The notes under the pieces were generated by a model, which was not told the origin of the DNA, did not search any database, and saw nothing but the letters and a program-made list of their open reading frames with translations. The position numbers and the translations under genes are program-made. This document shows, in pieces, positions 1-11,149 of a stretch of DNA of 64,000 nt. The stretch comes from Octopus vulgaris (Eukaryota), in assembly GCA_951406725.2 (NCBI GenBank), contig OX597817.1:124248001-124312000 (forward strand), written 5' to 3'. Numbering within the stretch: position 1 is the first letter of the stretch; each line of letters starts with the position of its first letter.

Positions 1-1
1 T

Positions 2-32
<31 letters not shown>

Positions 33-194
33 CAATGTATGTGTATTTTTTCAATGAATGTTGGAAGTATAAAGATTTGAATAACACCTGCGTTTAACTC
101 CATTTCTTTATTTATCCGTTATACATACATACATACATACATACATACATAAATACATACATGCATACATACATACATATTTATATATATATAT

Positions 195-362
195 ACGACA
201 GGCTTCTTTCAGTTTTTCTATCAAATCCACTCACAAGACTATAGTCAGCCTGAGGCTATAGCAGAAGGCACTTGCATAAGGTGCCACACAGTGGGACTAA
301 ACATGGAACCATATAGTTAGGAACCAAGCTTCTTATCACACTGTCACACATGCTCCTGCACA
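195..362 (-). mobile_element. tRNA-derived SINE, family A, 5' half
   Basis: Reverse complement matches the head seen in the plus copies at 18568, 31748, 40567 and 59106 (GGCGCAGGAGTGGCTGTGTGGTAAG...GGTTCAGTCCC...CCTTGGGCAAGTGTCTTC; pol III A/B-box-like). Confidence 0.8.
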
Positions 363-368
363 TGGCCA

Positions 369-399
<31 letters not shown>

Positions 400-1129
400 T
401 GTATGAATGTATGTATGTATATCAATAAAATCACCAACAATTTGGTGCTGTGAATGAAAATATATTGTGGTATTTACTCTACAAAGTGGGCCCAATCAAT
501 CCTCTATCTCTTTCATCCATAGTGAATATGTGACCTAGTGATTGGCTCACTGAAAACCTTTAACAAACTTGCTTGTTCATAATTTTGCAGTTTCTTCTTG
601 TTGAGGTTTCTAACACTTATATTCTTAAAGATATATCAGTAAAACTGCACTTTGATGGTTCTTTTGAGTTTAAAAAGCTCAGAGAAGAGACAAAACATTG
701 GTGTGGTTTTTGCCTTATCTGCTCCAAGATATAAAAGGTGACTTCTGCTTAATTTTGCAAGCCGACAACGAGCTCTTTAATTATTATACTGTCTTCCCCT
801 TCCTTTTACATTGGTGGTAAAGGATAGATACAAGACACTGAATCTTTGATAGGAACTGTGTAATATATGACTGTGCTTTAATTGTCTGTGACACCTTTAT
901 CACCACTTAAATTGGTCAGGAAATATTTCTCCAAGGATTAATTTCTGGAAAAGTGGGTTGTGTAAGTTTATGTTACAATACTGATAATAATCCACTTTGT
1001 TGTCATCATCATCATCATTGCTAATATCATTTCTTCTCCATATTCTTATCATCACTAACACCATCTCATGCAATTATCCTTATCCTCAATGTCATCGTCG
1101 TCCTCTTCCTCCTTGTCATCTTCATGTGA

Positions 1130-1340
1130 TGCTCTTGTTTAGGATTGTATAAGTTTACCTCAATATAGCTACTCCTCACTTCTTCAAGCCCTTTGCTGTC
1201 ACCTTTGTGAGATTCAACATTCTAAAATTTGCCTTCACCACTTCTTCCAAAATCTTTGGTCTTCCTTCTCTTCTTCATGCTTCTTCCACTTTGGTCAGAA
1301 CTGCCAAAAGTTATACATGACACAGTTGCTCCTGAATGTA
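1130..1340 (-). mobile_element. Old RTE-type LINE 3' fragment
   Basis: Degenerate similarity to the RTE ORF end (GRPRKTW...VVK..L..L.LT) also seen at 21280-21581 and 56100-56393; (CAT)n-like tail upstream. Confidence 0.45.
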
Positions 1341-1899
1341 TGATTTCTAATTCCTATGAATAATTTTACGAAGGTTCATTAATGTTTTGCTTTAGGCTAA
1401 TCATCAACGAATGTGAAATAATGATATTGTTCTAATTGGGATAATTTCATCTGCATCAATTATATGCACTTATACAAGACAAAGAGGGATCTACTACATT
1501 ATCTTTTGACCTGCTAGAAATAATGGTCAAATCTCCTTCAAACGACACCATGCATTCATAAGCAAACAGAGAACACATTGGCTGATGTAGTGTTATATCT
1601 GAATAAATGATGAAAATCTCTAAACACAAGGATCTGCTCACTCAGGTCTCTGTTGGTGCTAAACATCAACAACATTAATTAAAATTATGTTATTTTGTTC
1701 TCTTTTTGTTCTATTTAGTATCAAATAATTTTGTTTGTAACTATTTAAAATTAGACAAAATATGTAACAGTATTTAGATATATCCCTTTATTTTCTGTTG
1801 AGAGTTAACTGCCTTTTATCTTTCTTGAAATCAATAATATATGAACAAGTTAAATTCTAAAGATGGTGATGCGTTATTAAAATGAGGTCCAGTCCTTTT

Positions 1900-2485
1900 A
1901 GTGATGTGATGATTGGTGTACCTCACTGACCCTGAGAGCTATGCCAGTGGAGTGCAGCCTCCTAACAGGGCTTCCCATCCTGAACAGGTCAAAGAATAAA
2001 GGCCAAACTAATATGAACTACCTCTTCTCAGAAAGACAAAAATGGGTTTGTGTAGGTCAGTAGTTCCCACAGTGAGTGATAATGCTCTTCTGGGGATAGT
2101 GGAAAAATCCGAGAGTGCATTAAAGATAAGTGGGGTGGTAATGGGGGTGAGGCCAAAAGGGGTCAATGGATGTAAAAATAACTCCAAACAATTGTTTAAC
2201 TAGGGTAAATTTTATCTGCGAAATGCAGTTGTTTTGAATTTACTGCAAAATGTGGTCACCGTTTGTGGTGGTGAGTGGGGGTAAGGGATACTAGGAATGT
2301 GGCCTGGGTATCATGGGGGTTGCAGCCTGAAAAAGTTTAGGGACCACTGGTGTAAGATATTTATCCCAGTCTTGAAAAAAAGCTAAGTCACAGAAGTAAT
2401 GATGACAATTTAAAAGCAAACTCTGGAGAAAAAGTCATCGATAGCTTATGCTCCAAAGGGGGCAAAGGACTTAAGTAGCCAGGTA
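1900..2485 (+). mobile_element. Old SINE-like retroelement with RTE-type tail, split by a MITE
   Basis: GACCCTGAGAGCTATGCCAG...CAGGTCAAAG body; continues after the MITE to a CTTATGCTCC...CTTAAGTAG RTE-like end. Confidence 0.45.
2058..2349. mobile_element. hAT-type MITE
   Basis: TIRs CAGTAGTTCCC / GGGACCACTG; imperfect 8-bp TSD GTGTAGGT (2050-2057) / GTGTAAGA (2350-2357). Confidence 0.7.
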
Positions 2486-3334
2486 AATTAAAAAATGGCT
2501 TGATAATACCAGTACTGCCAGTTTCCTCTTCATAACTGGAGCTTGAATAATCTTTTCACTTGGACTATAATTCTGGGTGTTGTCGTCTGATATACAGAGA
2601 AGTAGAAGACTACTAGGTAAGCATCATTTATAGGCACACCTTTCTTCCCCAACTGCTGTTGAGATCTTCTCTATCCTCAGTCATTAAACTGCAGCTTGTT
2701 CATATCAAATTTGGATAAAAGTGTTATCCCCAAGAAAAACAACCTTATGAGACTGAATGACTAATATATCACATGCTATCCTTTGTAATTATTTTTTTTT
2801 CTTTTTGTCATTCTATCAGTAGGGCAAAGGTGAAACAAATTATCCAACAGAAAACATAAGAATTTGTTTATTTTAAACAAATATTTATCGACAGTAAAAA
2901 GATAAAATTGTTAGGCAAGGTAGTGAGAACATTAACAAGATCTCATTTTGGATCAATCATCACCATCATCACCATCATCATCGTCGTCATCGTTGTCATT
3001 GAATAAACTGGCATTATACACAGTCTGTGCACTGAACGCTGTTCTATTTGATTTCTGAAAATTATATTACATGATAGCCTTAACAAGTAGTCGCCTCAAT
3101 GCATTTCATGTCATTTGACTAGTTTTATATTTATATATTATTTGTTGTTATTATTATTCTTATTATATTGCAATTATTGCTATTATCGTTTGTAGTGTAT
3201 TGCTGATTTTGAAGGTTGATATATGAAACACTAAAGCATATACAAATTATCAAAGGAATAGTTGATATATTGATTTTTGTTTTGTTTTTTTCATGTTAAA
3301 TATGTAAGTATTGACTTTACTTAACAGTATAAAC

Positions 3335-3411
3335 ACATATATGCATACATGACTTTGCATGTACTTATGTATAGGAGTGTATTTATGCATCATGTATCTG
3401 CATATATATCA

Positions 3412-3443
<32 letters not shown>

Positions 3444-3932
3444 ATGTATATATATGTGTGTATGTATATAAATATATACGCACGTGCATGCATACCTACA
3501 CATACACACATGTGCACATACATATACATATACATAAATATAAACATCCATGTTTATATATATATATTTATATATATACATATATGTATGTAGATATATA
3601 TATATGTATATATTTAAATAAATTTATGTGTGTGTATATATAGATATATATATTTATATATATACATCTATGTGTGTATATATATATGTGTGTGTGTGTG
3701 TATATATATATATGTATATATATATACACACACACATACACATGCACACATATACTTGCATCCATGTATATGTAAGTTTGTATGTATCCATGTATGTATG
3801 CATGTATGTATGTAGGTATGTATGTGTGTATGTATGTATGTATGTATGTATGTATGTATGTATGTATGTATGTATGTATGTATGTATGTATGTATGTATG
3901 TATGTATGAATGTATATATGTATGTATACACA
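3335..3932. repeat. Compound (TA)n/(TG)n/(TATG)n microsatellite
   Basis: Seen directly; source of many spurious ORFs. Confidence 0.95.
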
Positions 3933-4241
3933 TTGCTGGTATTGAAATGTATGTTTAGAGACTGCATGACAATGAAAAAAAGGCAGAATGAAGGGATGAA
4001 ATAAATTTTTATGCTCATGTTTATAACCCATAGTCAGAGTGTCAGTGAGTAAGTGGTATCTTCCAGACTTTATGTCTGAAAGTTTCCTAAAAATAAAATC
4101 CGGATGAGAGTTATCATAAAAAGCAATCAGATAAACTTATATTACACAATTTATTCAACTAGAGCACTCTTTCGTCTCTCACATCATGCTTTTCTTTTTT
4201 TTTTTGTTTCCTCTTACTCTCACTTTTTTCTATCTTCTTCA

Positions 4242-4283
4242 TGTCTATCTATCTATCTATCTATCTGTCTATCTATCTATCTG

Positions 4284-4338
<55 letters not shown>

Positions 4339-4393
4339 GTCTGTCTATCTTATCAATCTATCTTATCTATCTATCTATCTATCAATCTGTCTG

Positions 4394-4448
<55 letters not shown>

Positions 4449-4457
4449 GACTATCTG

Positions 4458-4502
<45 letters not shown>

Positions 4503-4625
4503 GTATTCGTCTTTCTGTTAGCCTGTCTGTGTATTTATCTGCCTGTCTGTGTGTCTGTCTGTCTATCTATCTATCTGTCTGTCTGTTTGTTTGCCCTTTT
4601 GTCTTTCTGCCTGCCTGTCTATTTG

Positions 4626-4678
<53 letters not shown>

Positions 4679-4741
4679 GTGTCTATTTATTTGTTTGTCG
4701 GTCTATTTATCTGTCTGTCTGTCTTTCTACCGGCCTGCTTG

Positions 4742-4823
<82 letters not shown>

Positions 4824-5052
4824 AATTTTTCTTTTTTTTTCTTTTATTCTTTTTATTTTTTTTTATTTTTTTTTATTAAAAAAAATTTTTTTTGTTCTTT
4901 TCTTCCCTTTTACGATCCCTCTTGATCGTAAACCTACGCCACCCCCTTTTTTTTTTCATCCCCCAAAAGAAAAGCTCTACCTTGTAACTTGTCCCATCTG
5001 TGTGCAGCCCTGTGTGGCCAATAAAGAAACTTATCTATCTATCAATCAATAA

Positions 5053-5143
<91 letters not shown>

Positions 5144-5258
5144 AATCTATCTGTCTATCTCTCTGCCTACATGTCTATCTGTCTGCCTGCCTGCCTGTTT
5201 GTCTATCTGTTTGTCTCTCTCTCTCTCTCCATCTATATATCTATCTACCTATCTACCT
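4242..5258. repeat. Long (TATC)n/(TGTC)n microsatellite, interrupted by an insertion
   Basis: Seen directly. Confidence 0.95.
4827..5031 (+). mobile_element. Non-LTR retrotransposon 3' UTR fragment (probably L1/Tx1 clade) in (TATC)n
   Basis: U-rich tract ending GCCCTGTGTGGCCAATAAAGAAAC; 15-bp duplication TATCTATCTATCAAT at 4812-4826 and 5032-5046. Confidence 0.65.
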
Positions 5259-5457
5259 ATGTTTTATACATTTTATTTCATACTTTCATCTTTACAAATC
5301 CAACAGTACTTTTCCTTTCTTTCCACTTGCATGCTTTCTTATTCTTTTCCCATTTCTTATTTATTTTTTTCCAGTTATAAAACTTCAGTTAGTATTTTAC
5401 AAGGTGGATAGGGATTGAAAAGATTGCTTCATTTAATTTTCCTTCTTTTATTCAACA

Positions 5458-5459
<2 letters not shown>

Positions 5460-5519
<60 letters not shown>

Positions 5520-5528
5520 ATACACACA
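5460..5528. repeat. (CA)n microsatellite
   Basis: Seen directly. Confidence 0.95.
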
Positions 5529-5737
5529 TGCATACACAGATTCATGTGAATGTGTTTTCTTTATTTCCATTTCGTGCTATACAGTAAATTGGACTGTCTT
5601 TGGACAGTTCCATTAGTGTCTGAAATTTTCTTTGATAAGTTGGTAGCTTATTGCTGATATACTAATATACAAACATTCACATATACATATTAATGTACAT
5701 AAATATATATACATTTCTACATATGTGTGTGTATGTG

Positions 5738-5768
<31 letters not shown>

Positions 5769-5811
5769 CTATGTATACATGTGTGTGTGGATGTCTATAT
5801 ATATATATATA

Positions 5812-6028
5812 CTCTTTTACACTTTTATTTGTTTCAGTCATTTGATTGTGGCCCTACTGGAGACCACCTTTAGTCGAGCAAATCAACACCAGGATTTATT
5901 CTTTGTTTGCCTAGTACTTATTCTATCAGTCTCTTTTGCTGAACTGCTAAGGAATGAGGACGTAAACACACCACCGTGATGTTGGGGGGACAAACACAGA
6001 CACACAAACATACACACACATACACATA

Positions 6029-6092
<64 letters not shown>

Positions 6093-6159
6093 CACATATA
6101 TACGATGGGCTTCCTTCAGTTTCCATCTACCAAATCCACTCACAAGGCTTTGATCAGCC
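5812..6159 (-). mobile_element. SINE family A lacking its head
   Basis: Tail CTTTTACT...TTTCAGTCATTTGA, internal (CA)n, body to CACAAGGCTTTG; abuts a family C SINE. Confidence 0.8.
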
Positions 6160-6389
6160 ATGCATACCAGCCTCCCCTCTTCACACCACTGATGTTATCC
6201 AAGGGAAAGGCAAAGGCCAATACAGCTAGCACCAGTGATGTCGTAACTTATTCCTACAGCTGAGTTAACTGGAGCAACGTGAAATAAAGTGTCTTGCTCA
6301 AGAACATAACATGCAGCCCAGTTCGGGAATCGAACTCACAACCTCACAATCGTAAGCTCGATGCTCCAACCACTGAGCCATGCGCCTTC
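6160..6389 (-). mobile_element. tRNA-derived SINE, family C (CORE-like body)
   Basis: Minus strand GAAGGCGCATGGCTCAGTGG (A box)...GAGTTCGATTCCC (B box)...TTCTTGAGCAAGACACTTT; homologous to 41101-41455. Confidence 0.85.
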
Positions 6390-6797
6390 ACACACACACA
6401 CATATATATATATATACACATATATATACATATATACATATATATATATCATCATCATCCAATGTTTTAAATCCGTGTTTTGTCCCTGTTAACGGGGGTG
6501 GCTGGATCTATTTCAATGCCATACCAACCGAGGTAGGCAGGTGAAGCCCACCCAAACTTTAGGCTGGCTGGCTGGTGCCCATTCTCTTTTGCTATTGTGA
6601 GGCTTTTTTGGAGTTGGATTTTCTATGTGGAGCATGCCCTTGCTTACCACCAACCTCAGTTTCTAGACATGAGTGGTCCTGAGACCAAGGCCTCTACCAT
6701 TAATTTTTTAGAAATGTGATGGAAAACTAACTCAGGAAGAAAGGGAAGCTACTCCCTGAGACTACTTTTGGAGTCTCTCTACCTATATATATATATA

Positions 6798-7008
6798 TCA
6801 AAATGTGACCTCGTGTGTACCGTTGGCGATTTTTTTCCTCTGTCTTCCCTTCTCTGGATCTTTCCTTCTCCTATATTTCTGACGAAGAGCTCCGCTCAAA
6901 ACGTTAAACCCTCCTTCTTTCCTTCTTTCCCGAGCATCCAATAATACTATGTTTGTTCCACGTCCTCGTGTTGTTGTGTTTTTTTGTGTTTTCTTGTTTG
7001 GATTAACT
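6798..7008 (+). mobile_element. Penelope-like element fragment in (TA)n with hammerhead core
   Basis: CpG-containing island between TA runs; CTGACGA-A-GAGC-TCC-GCTC-AAAACGTT at 6879-6905. Confidence 0.65.
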
Positions 7009-7606
7009 ATATATATATATACATACACACACACATGCACACATATAAGTAAATACATGTATGCAGGCATAGATTCACACCTTTATATCGGTAGATGCAG
7101 TTGTTTGGTTTACCTTGTTCATTCTAGTCACTTTATATATAGTTCTTTGTGAATCAATTGCTAACTGAAAATTAGGCTTCCTGTACACTTGTCCCAATCA
7201 ACATTAGCTGAAGATATGAAGAGTTGCACATAGGTGTCATTGTAAGTTAAATACCTTTATATCAATTTTATATCAGATAGATACAAGATTCATTATTCAT
7301 ATCATGTAGACACAAGACACAGTCTCATGTGTGCATGTGTGCTTACATATATATACTTTTATTATTTTACTTGTTTTAGTCATTTGACTGTAGCCATGCT
7401 GGAGCACAGCCTTAAAGAGTATTTTTTAGTCAAAGAAATCACTCAGGACTTATTCTTTGTAAGCCTAGTACTTATTCTATTGGTCTCTTTTATGGGGGTG
7501 TAAACACATGAACATCAGTTGTCAAGTGATGGTGATAGAGGACAAACACAGACACAAAAACACACACACATACACACACACATACATACATACATACATA
7601 CATACA

Positions 7607-7669
<63 letters not shown>

Positions 7670-7683
7670 GTTTAAATATTTGT

Positions 7684-8308
7684 TGTGCAAGGGTTTTTAT
7701 GTGAAGTCGCGTGTTGAAACAGATATTGTTATATTTCAGAATGGTCATATTGCCAGTTTAGCCAATAAAAACACACGCACTATATATTTGGTGTTATTTT
7801 GCTTCAGTGTTATTTATTTTGTTGTTTTTGTTTATTCTTATTTTGTTCATGTGTTTACATCCACTTATTATTATCATTACATATGCTTGTATATATGTAT
7901 GTATGTATAACAACAATACTAGTAATAATAATAATAAATCGAATCAAAAAAAAAAAACAAATTACATGAACATATATAAACAGAAGATACAAATATTACA
8001 GGCATCCCCCCACAAACACATACTAAATAAACATAGACGCACATAGAGATATAAGCATGCGCAAATGAAGACATACAATAGAAATACAAAATGGTTGACG
8101 GTTAGTAAGGAGAAACACAAATAAGAAAGAAGAAAACAAAGGACCACTGATGCGGTCACAGGAGTGTGACGAAAGAACTCTGGCCGAAATAAGTTTAAGA
8201 TTAATGTAAAAAAATAAATAACACTGAAGCAAAATAACACCAAATATATAGTGCGTGTGATTTTATTGGCTAAACTGGCAATATGACTATTCCAAAATAC
8301 AACAATAT
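7684..8308 (+). mobile_element. Penelope-like non-autonomous fragment with inverted ends
   Basis: 98-bp inverted repeat 7723-7820 / 8211-8308 (5 mismatches by eye) with a hammerhead motif at 8141-8185. Confidence 0.65.
8141..8185 (+). ncRNA. Minimal type I hammerhead ribozyme-like motif (variant core)
   Basis: Stem I GGACCA/TGGCC, core CTGATGC-G, stem II GTCACA-GGAG-TGTGAC, GAAA, short stem III, CUC cleavage triplet ending at 8180. Confidence 0.6.
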
Positions 8309-8488
8309 ATATATATATATATGTATACATACATACAGTATATATACAATGGGCTTGTTTCAGTTTCCGTCTACCAAATCCACTCACAAGTCTTTGGTTT
8401 GCCCAAGGCTATAGTAGAAGACACCTGCCCAAAATTGCCATGCAGTGGGACTAATCATAGAATCATGTCGTTGGGAAGAAAGCTTCTT

Positions 8489-10634
8489 TATTTCATCAAC
8501 TTTGCCATAATGGCATTAAATAGATAGAAGCAAATGCGGGCTGGGCAACAACACAAATGAAATGAATGATGAGCAAAATAATGATATTGATGAGGGAAGC
8601 ACACGCCGTCACCAATCACTGCTTCCCGAAAACAATGTTCTTTTTTCTCTTTTATAAAACCAATTGAGGTTATAAACCTCTTACTATAGTTCATTAGGAC
8701 ACAAGGTCCTTTCAAATGAGGCACTAAGCCTCTTAGATTTTTCACAAATGGACTCCATGTCCTTACAAAATGAGGCACTAAGCCTCTTACCTTTTTACCA
8801 TTCGAGGCATTAAAGCCTCTTACTTCCATGCCCAATGAGGCACACTGCCACATTCAAGCACCTGCACGGTGCCAAGACAGGACACTTTAGCATAAATTTA
8901 GATATATCCTCGGAGGAAGGAATTCATTAACCTGCACAAGTCGGTTTCCCCTATAACCTTCGCAGTTACCTGCAGAGGCTAATCAGGGTTCTCAGTGCAG
9001 GACAGAACTCCTTCCCTCCAGCCTTTTTTCTCACCTTCTTTACAAAGTTTTCTAAAGCCCCTCCCTTGTGAAAGAGGGTTACAAATTCCTCATTTATCAC
9101 ATAAGAAGGGGCCACAATTTCTTCCATCGGTGGTACAATTCCCACTGACAGGGTTTTCGGACATGCTGGCAGTGTGTTAGTGACTGCCAGCAATGCCCCG
9201 TTGTTCTTCTTTTTTTCTTTTGCCATGGGAAAGTGGAGTTCTTCCATTTTATCGGGAAGTTTTCCTTCCCTCCTGCATCCTTAGGATCCCTCAGTGGGCA
9301 ACCATTGCCACCCACCTTCTTCCTCTTTCAGCCCTTTTTCGTTGAGAAGGCCTCCACCTCCTCGACCATCTCCCTCTCTCCCTCCAAACGAGGAGTGTGG
9401 AGGGGGGGCTCTTCCACAACTAACTCCTCCAGGACCCTACTCTGATTCCAGGCACAGGTGACACTTGGTGGGGGGGGGGGGGGGCATCCCTCAAGTATCA
9501 CCAGATACCTGTTACCAGCCATAGTCAGAAAATCTGGGAAGACCGGATTTTTAGCTGATGGGTTCACAGGGTGAAACAGCTTTTGACCCAACCCAATCAG
9601 CCGCCGGCAACATTGGATCCACTGCCATCCAAACCCCAGTGGATAGTGTCTTCTATCCACTCAGGTTCCATTCCAGGTGGCAACCCACAGACCCAAGCTC
9701 TTGTCAACTTCTTCCCACAATATGTGGTAAGTAACAAGATCTCCTGGCCCTCCAGGTGCTGGCTCGCAAATTTGTGAGCTACCTCAGGGTTGTCAGATAG
9801 CAGCCATACCGTTGCATACTTGACACCCCTAGAAATAAACTTTATATTTGGCAGATGCTCTGCCAACTCTTTCTCTATTTCGATTTTGGGAAAGGCAGTG
9901 ATGGTGTCGAGTGACTTTGAATATGTCCTCAACACCACCATCCTTTCCCCTAAGTCTTTTAACCACTGTTTCGGTGGGACAGTCTCCCACTCCAACACAG
10001 CATTCATCTTTTCTGCCAAGTTTTGGACAAAGAAAAGCTCACACAAAAAGTCCAAAAATTAAAACACAAAAAAGGAAAGAAAGGAGAAGGAAAGAAAACA
10101 GTCCAAAACACAGCGACTTCAATCATCTGGCCAACTGGTACTTCTGACTAACTGGTATAGCAACAGGAATGCAACAACTGGAACAAAGTTTCAAAAATTT
10201 CATCAATAAATTGATACAAAAATTGGTAAAACAAATTTCACAATATTTGTAGGTGGGATACACCCCCAAAATACTGCACACAATCTTCTGGTCACTGGTA
10301 TTCCAGGTCAACCAAATAATTGCAGGAACACAGCAACAAGAACACAAAAACAATAAAGCTCACAATTTTTGGAGGGAAGATACGCCCCCAAAGCAACTTA
10401 CTTCTCACCACTAAGTGAGATACTTATGCCCAACTGCAGGCACACAAATGCCTTGGATCCAGTGAGGATTTCTTGCCTGAAAACAAAAAATAAATACTAA
10501 ACAACAAACCCTCACTGAAATCCAAAATACAAAAGTCTTACCTAGCAGCTGAGCTTCACTTAGTTCGCCACAATGCAAACCAGCGTCGCCACTTCTTTCA
10601 GTGTAAAGAAAACCACTAACAACAACGCATGCAT
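8489..10634 (-). mobile_element. ORF1-only (HAL1-like) non-LTR retroelement
   Basis: 15-bp TSD GGAAGAAAGCTTCTT (8474-8488) / GGAAGCAAGCTTCTT (10635-10649); a single disrupted ORF1-like region; no RT or endonuclease motifs seen. Confidence 0.75.
8966..10055 (-). pseudogene. Frameshifted L1/Tx1-type ORF1 (RRM-like region, degenerate zinc knuckle, charged C-terminus)
   Basis: Track ORFs 9597-10055 (TRAWVCGLPPGMEPEWI), 9328-9660 (FPDFLTMAGNRYLVILEG) and 8966-9247 are colinear; a frameshift in the G15 run at 9470-9484 gives PTKCHLC. Confidence 0.65.
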
Positions 10635-10669
10635 GGAAGCAAGCTTCTTACCACACAGCCACACCTGTG

Positions 10670-10703
<34 letters not shown>

Positions 10704-11100
10704 TACATACATGCATCTACAGTATAGATGTGTGTATATAGTAGTAGGCTTTGATGCAAGACATGTAAGCAAAAGATTTTGATAGTATCCATTTTAGTAT
10801 TGCTGTCATATGTCCTCGTTCTGTTATGGACATATTATCCAAACAACAACAGGGTAGATGTTTACGAGAATTAGTCTTGTAATATTGGAATAATCTCAAA
10901 ACCAAATGTTGATATCTGAATCATGTAATATGTATGTTTCAAGTAGTATTAAATATTGATTGATGAGGATAGCAGTTTTCTTATGTAACTATACCAATTT
11001 ACACGTTAAATGTGTTAAACATACAGAAATACCAACATTTGGTTTTGTGCTTTTCCAAGATATTTATGTATACTTATAAATAAATAAATAAATAAATATG

Positions 11101-11139
<39 letters not shown>

Positions 11140-11149
11140 ATATAATATA

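Larger units (their letters stand above)
7358..10672 (-). mobile_element. SINE family A expanded by two nested insertions
   Basis: 3' half 7358-7565, body 8345-8488 and head 10635-10672 join into one colinear SINE once 7684-8308 and 8489-10634 are removed. Confidence 0.8.

Noticed and set aside
630-865. LHFDGS...QDTESLIGTV, reminiscent of a retroelement RNase H
   Set aside because: Only short motifs interrupted by several stops; needs a translated profile search to distinguish from chance.
3359-5411. Numerous long ORFs (up to 273 aa) of YIHT/CMYV/LSIY repeats
   Set aside because: Translations of stop-free microsatellites; the same applies to ORFs near 5700-6260, 7500, 20400-22300, 40300 and 58000.
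6300-6389. tRNA gene
   Set aside because: The A/B boxes belong to a SINE head that continues into a multicopy body; the same holds for the other tRNA-like heads.
8666-8843. CRISPR-like appearance of hairpin repeats with unique spacers
   Set aside because: Eukaryotic retroelement 3' UTR, irregular spacing, short repeats and no cas genes.
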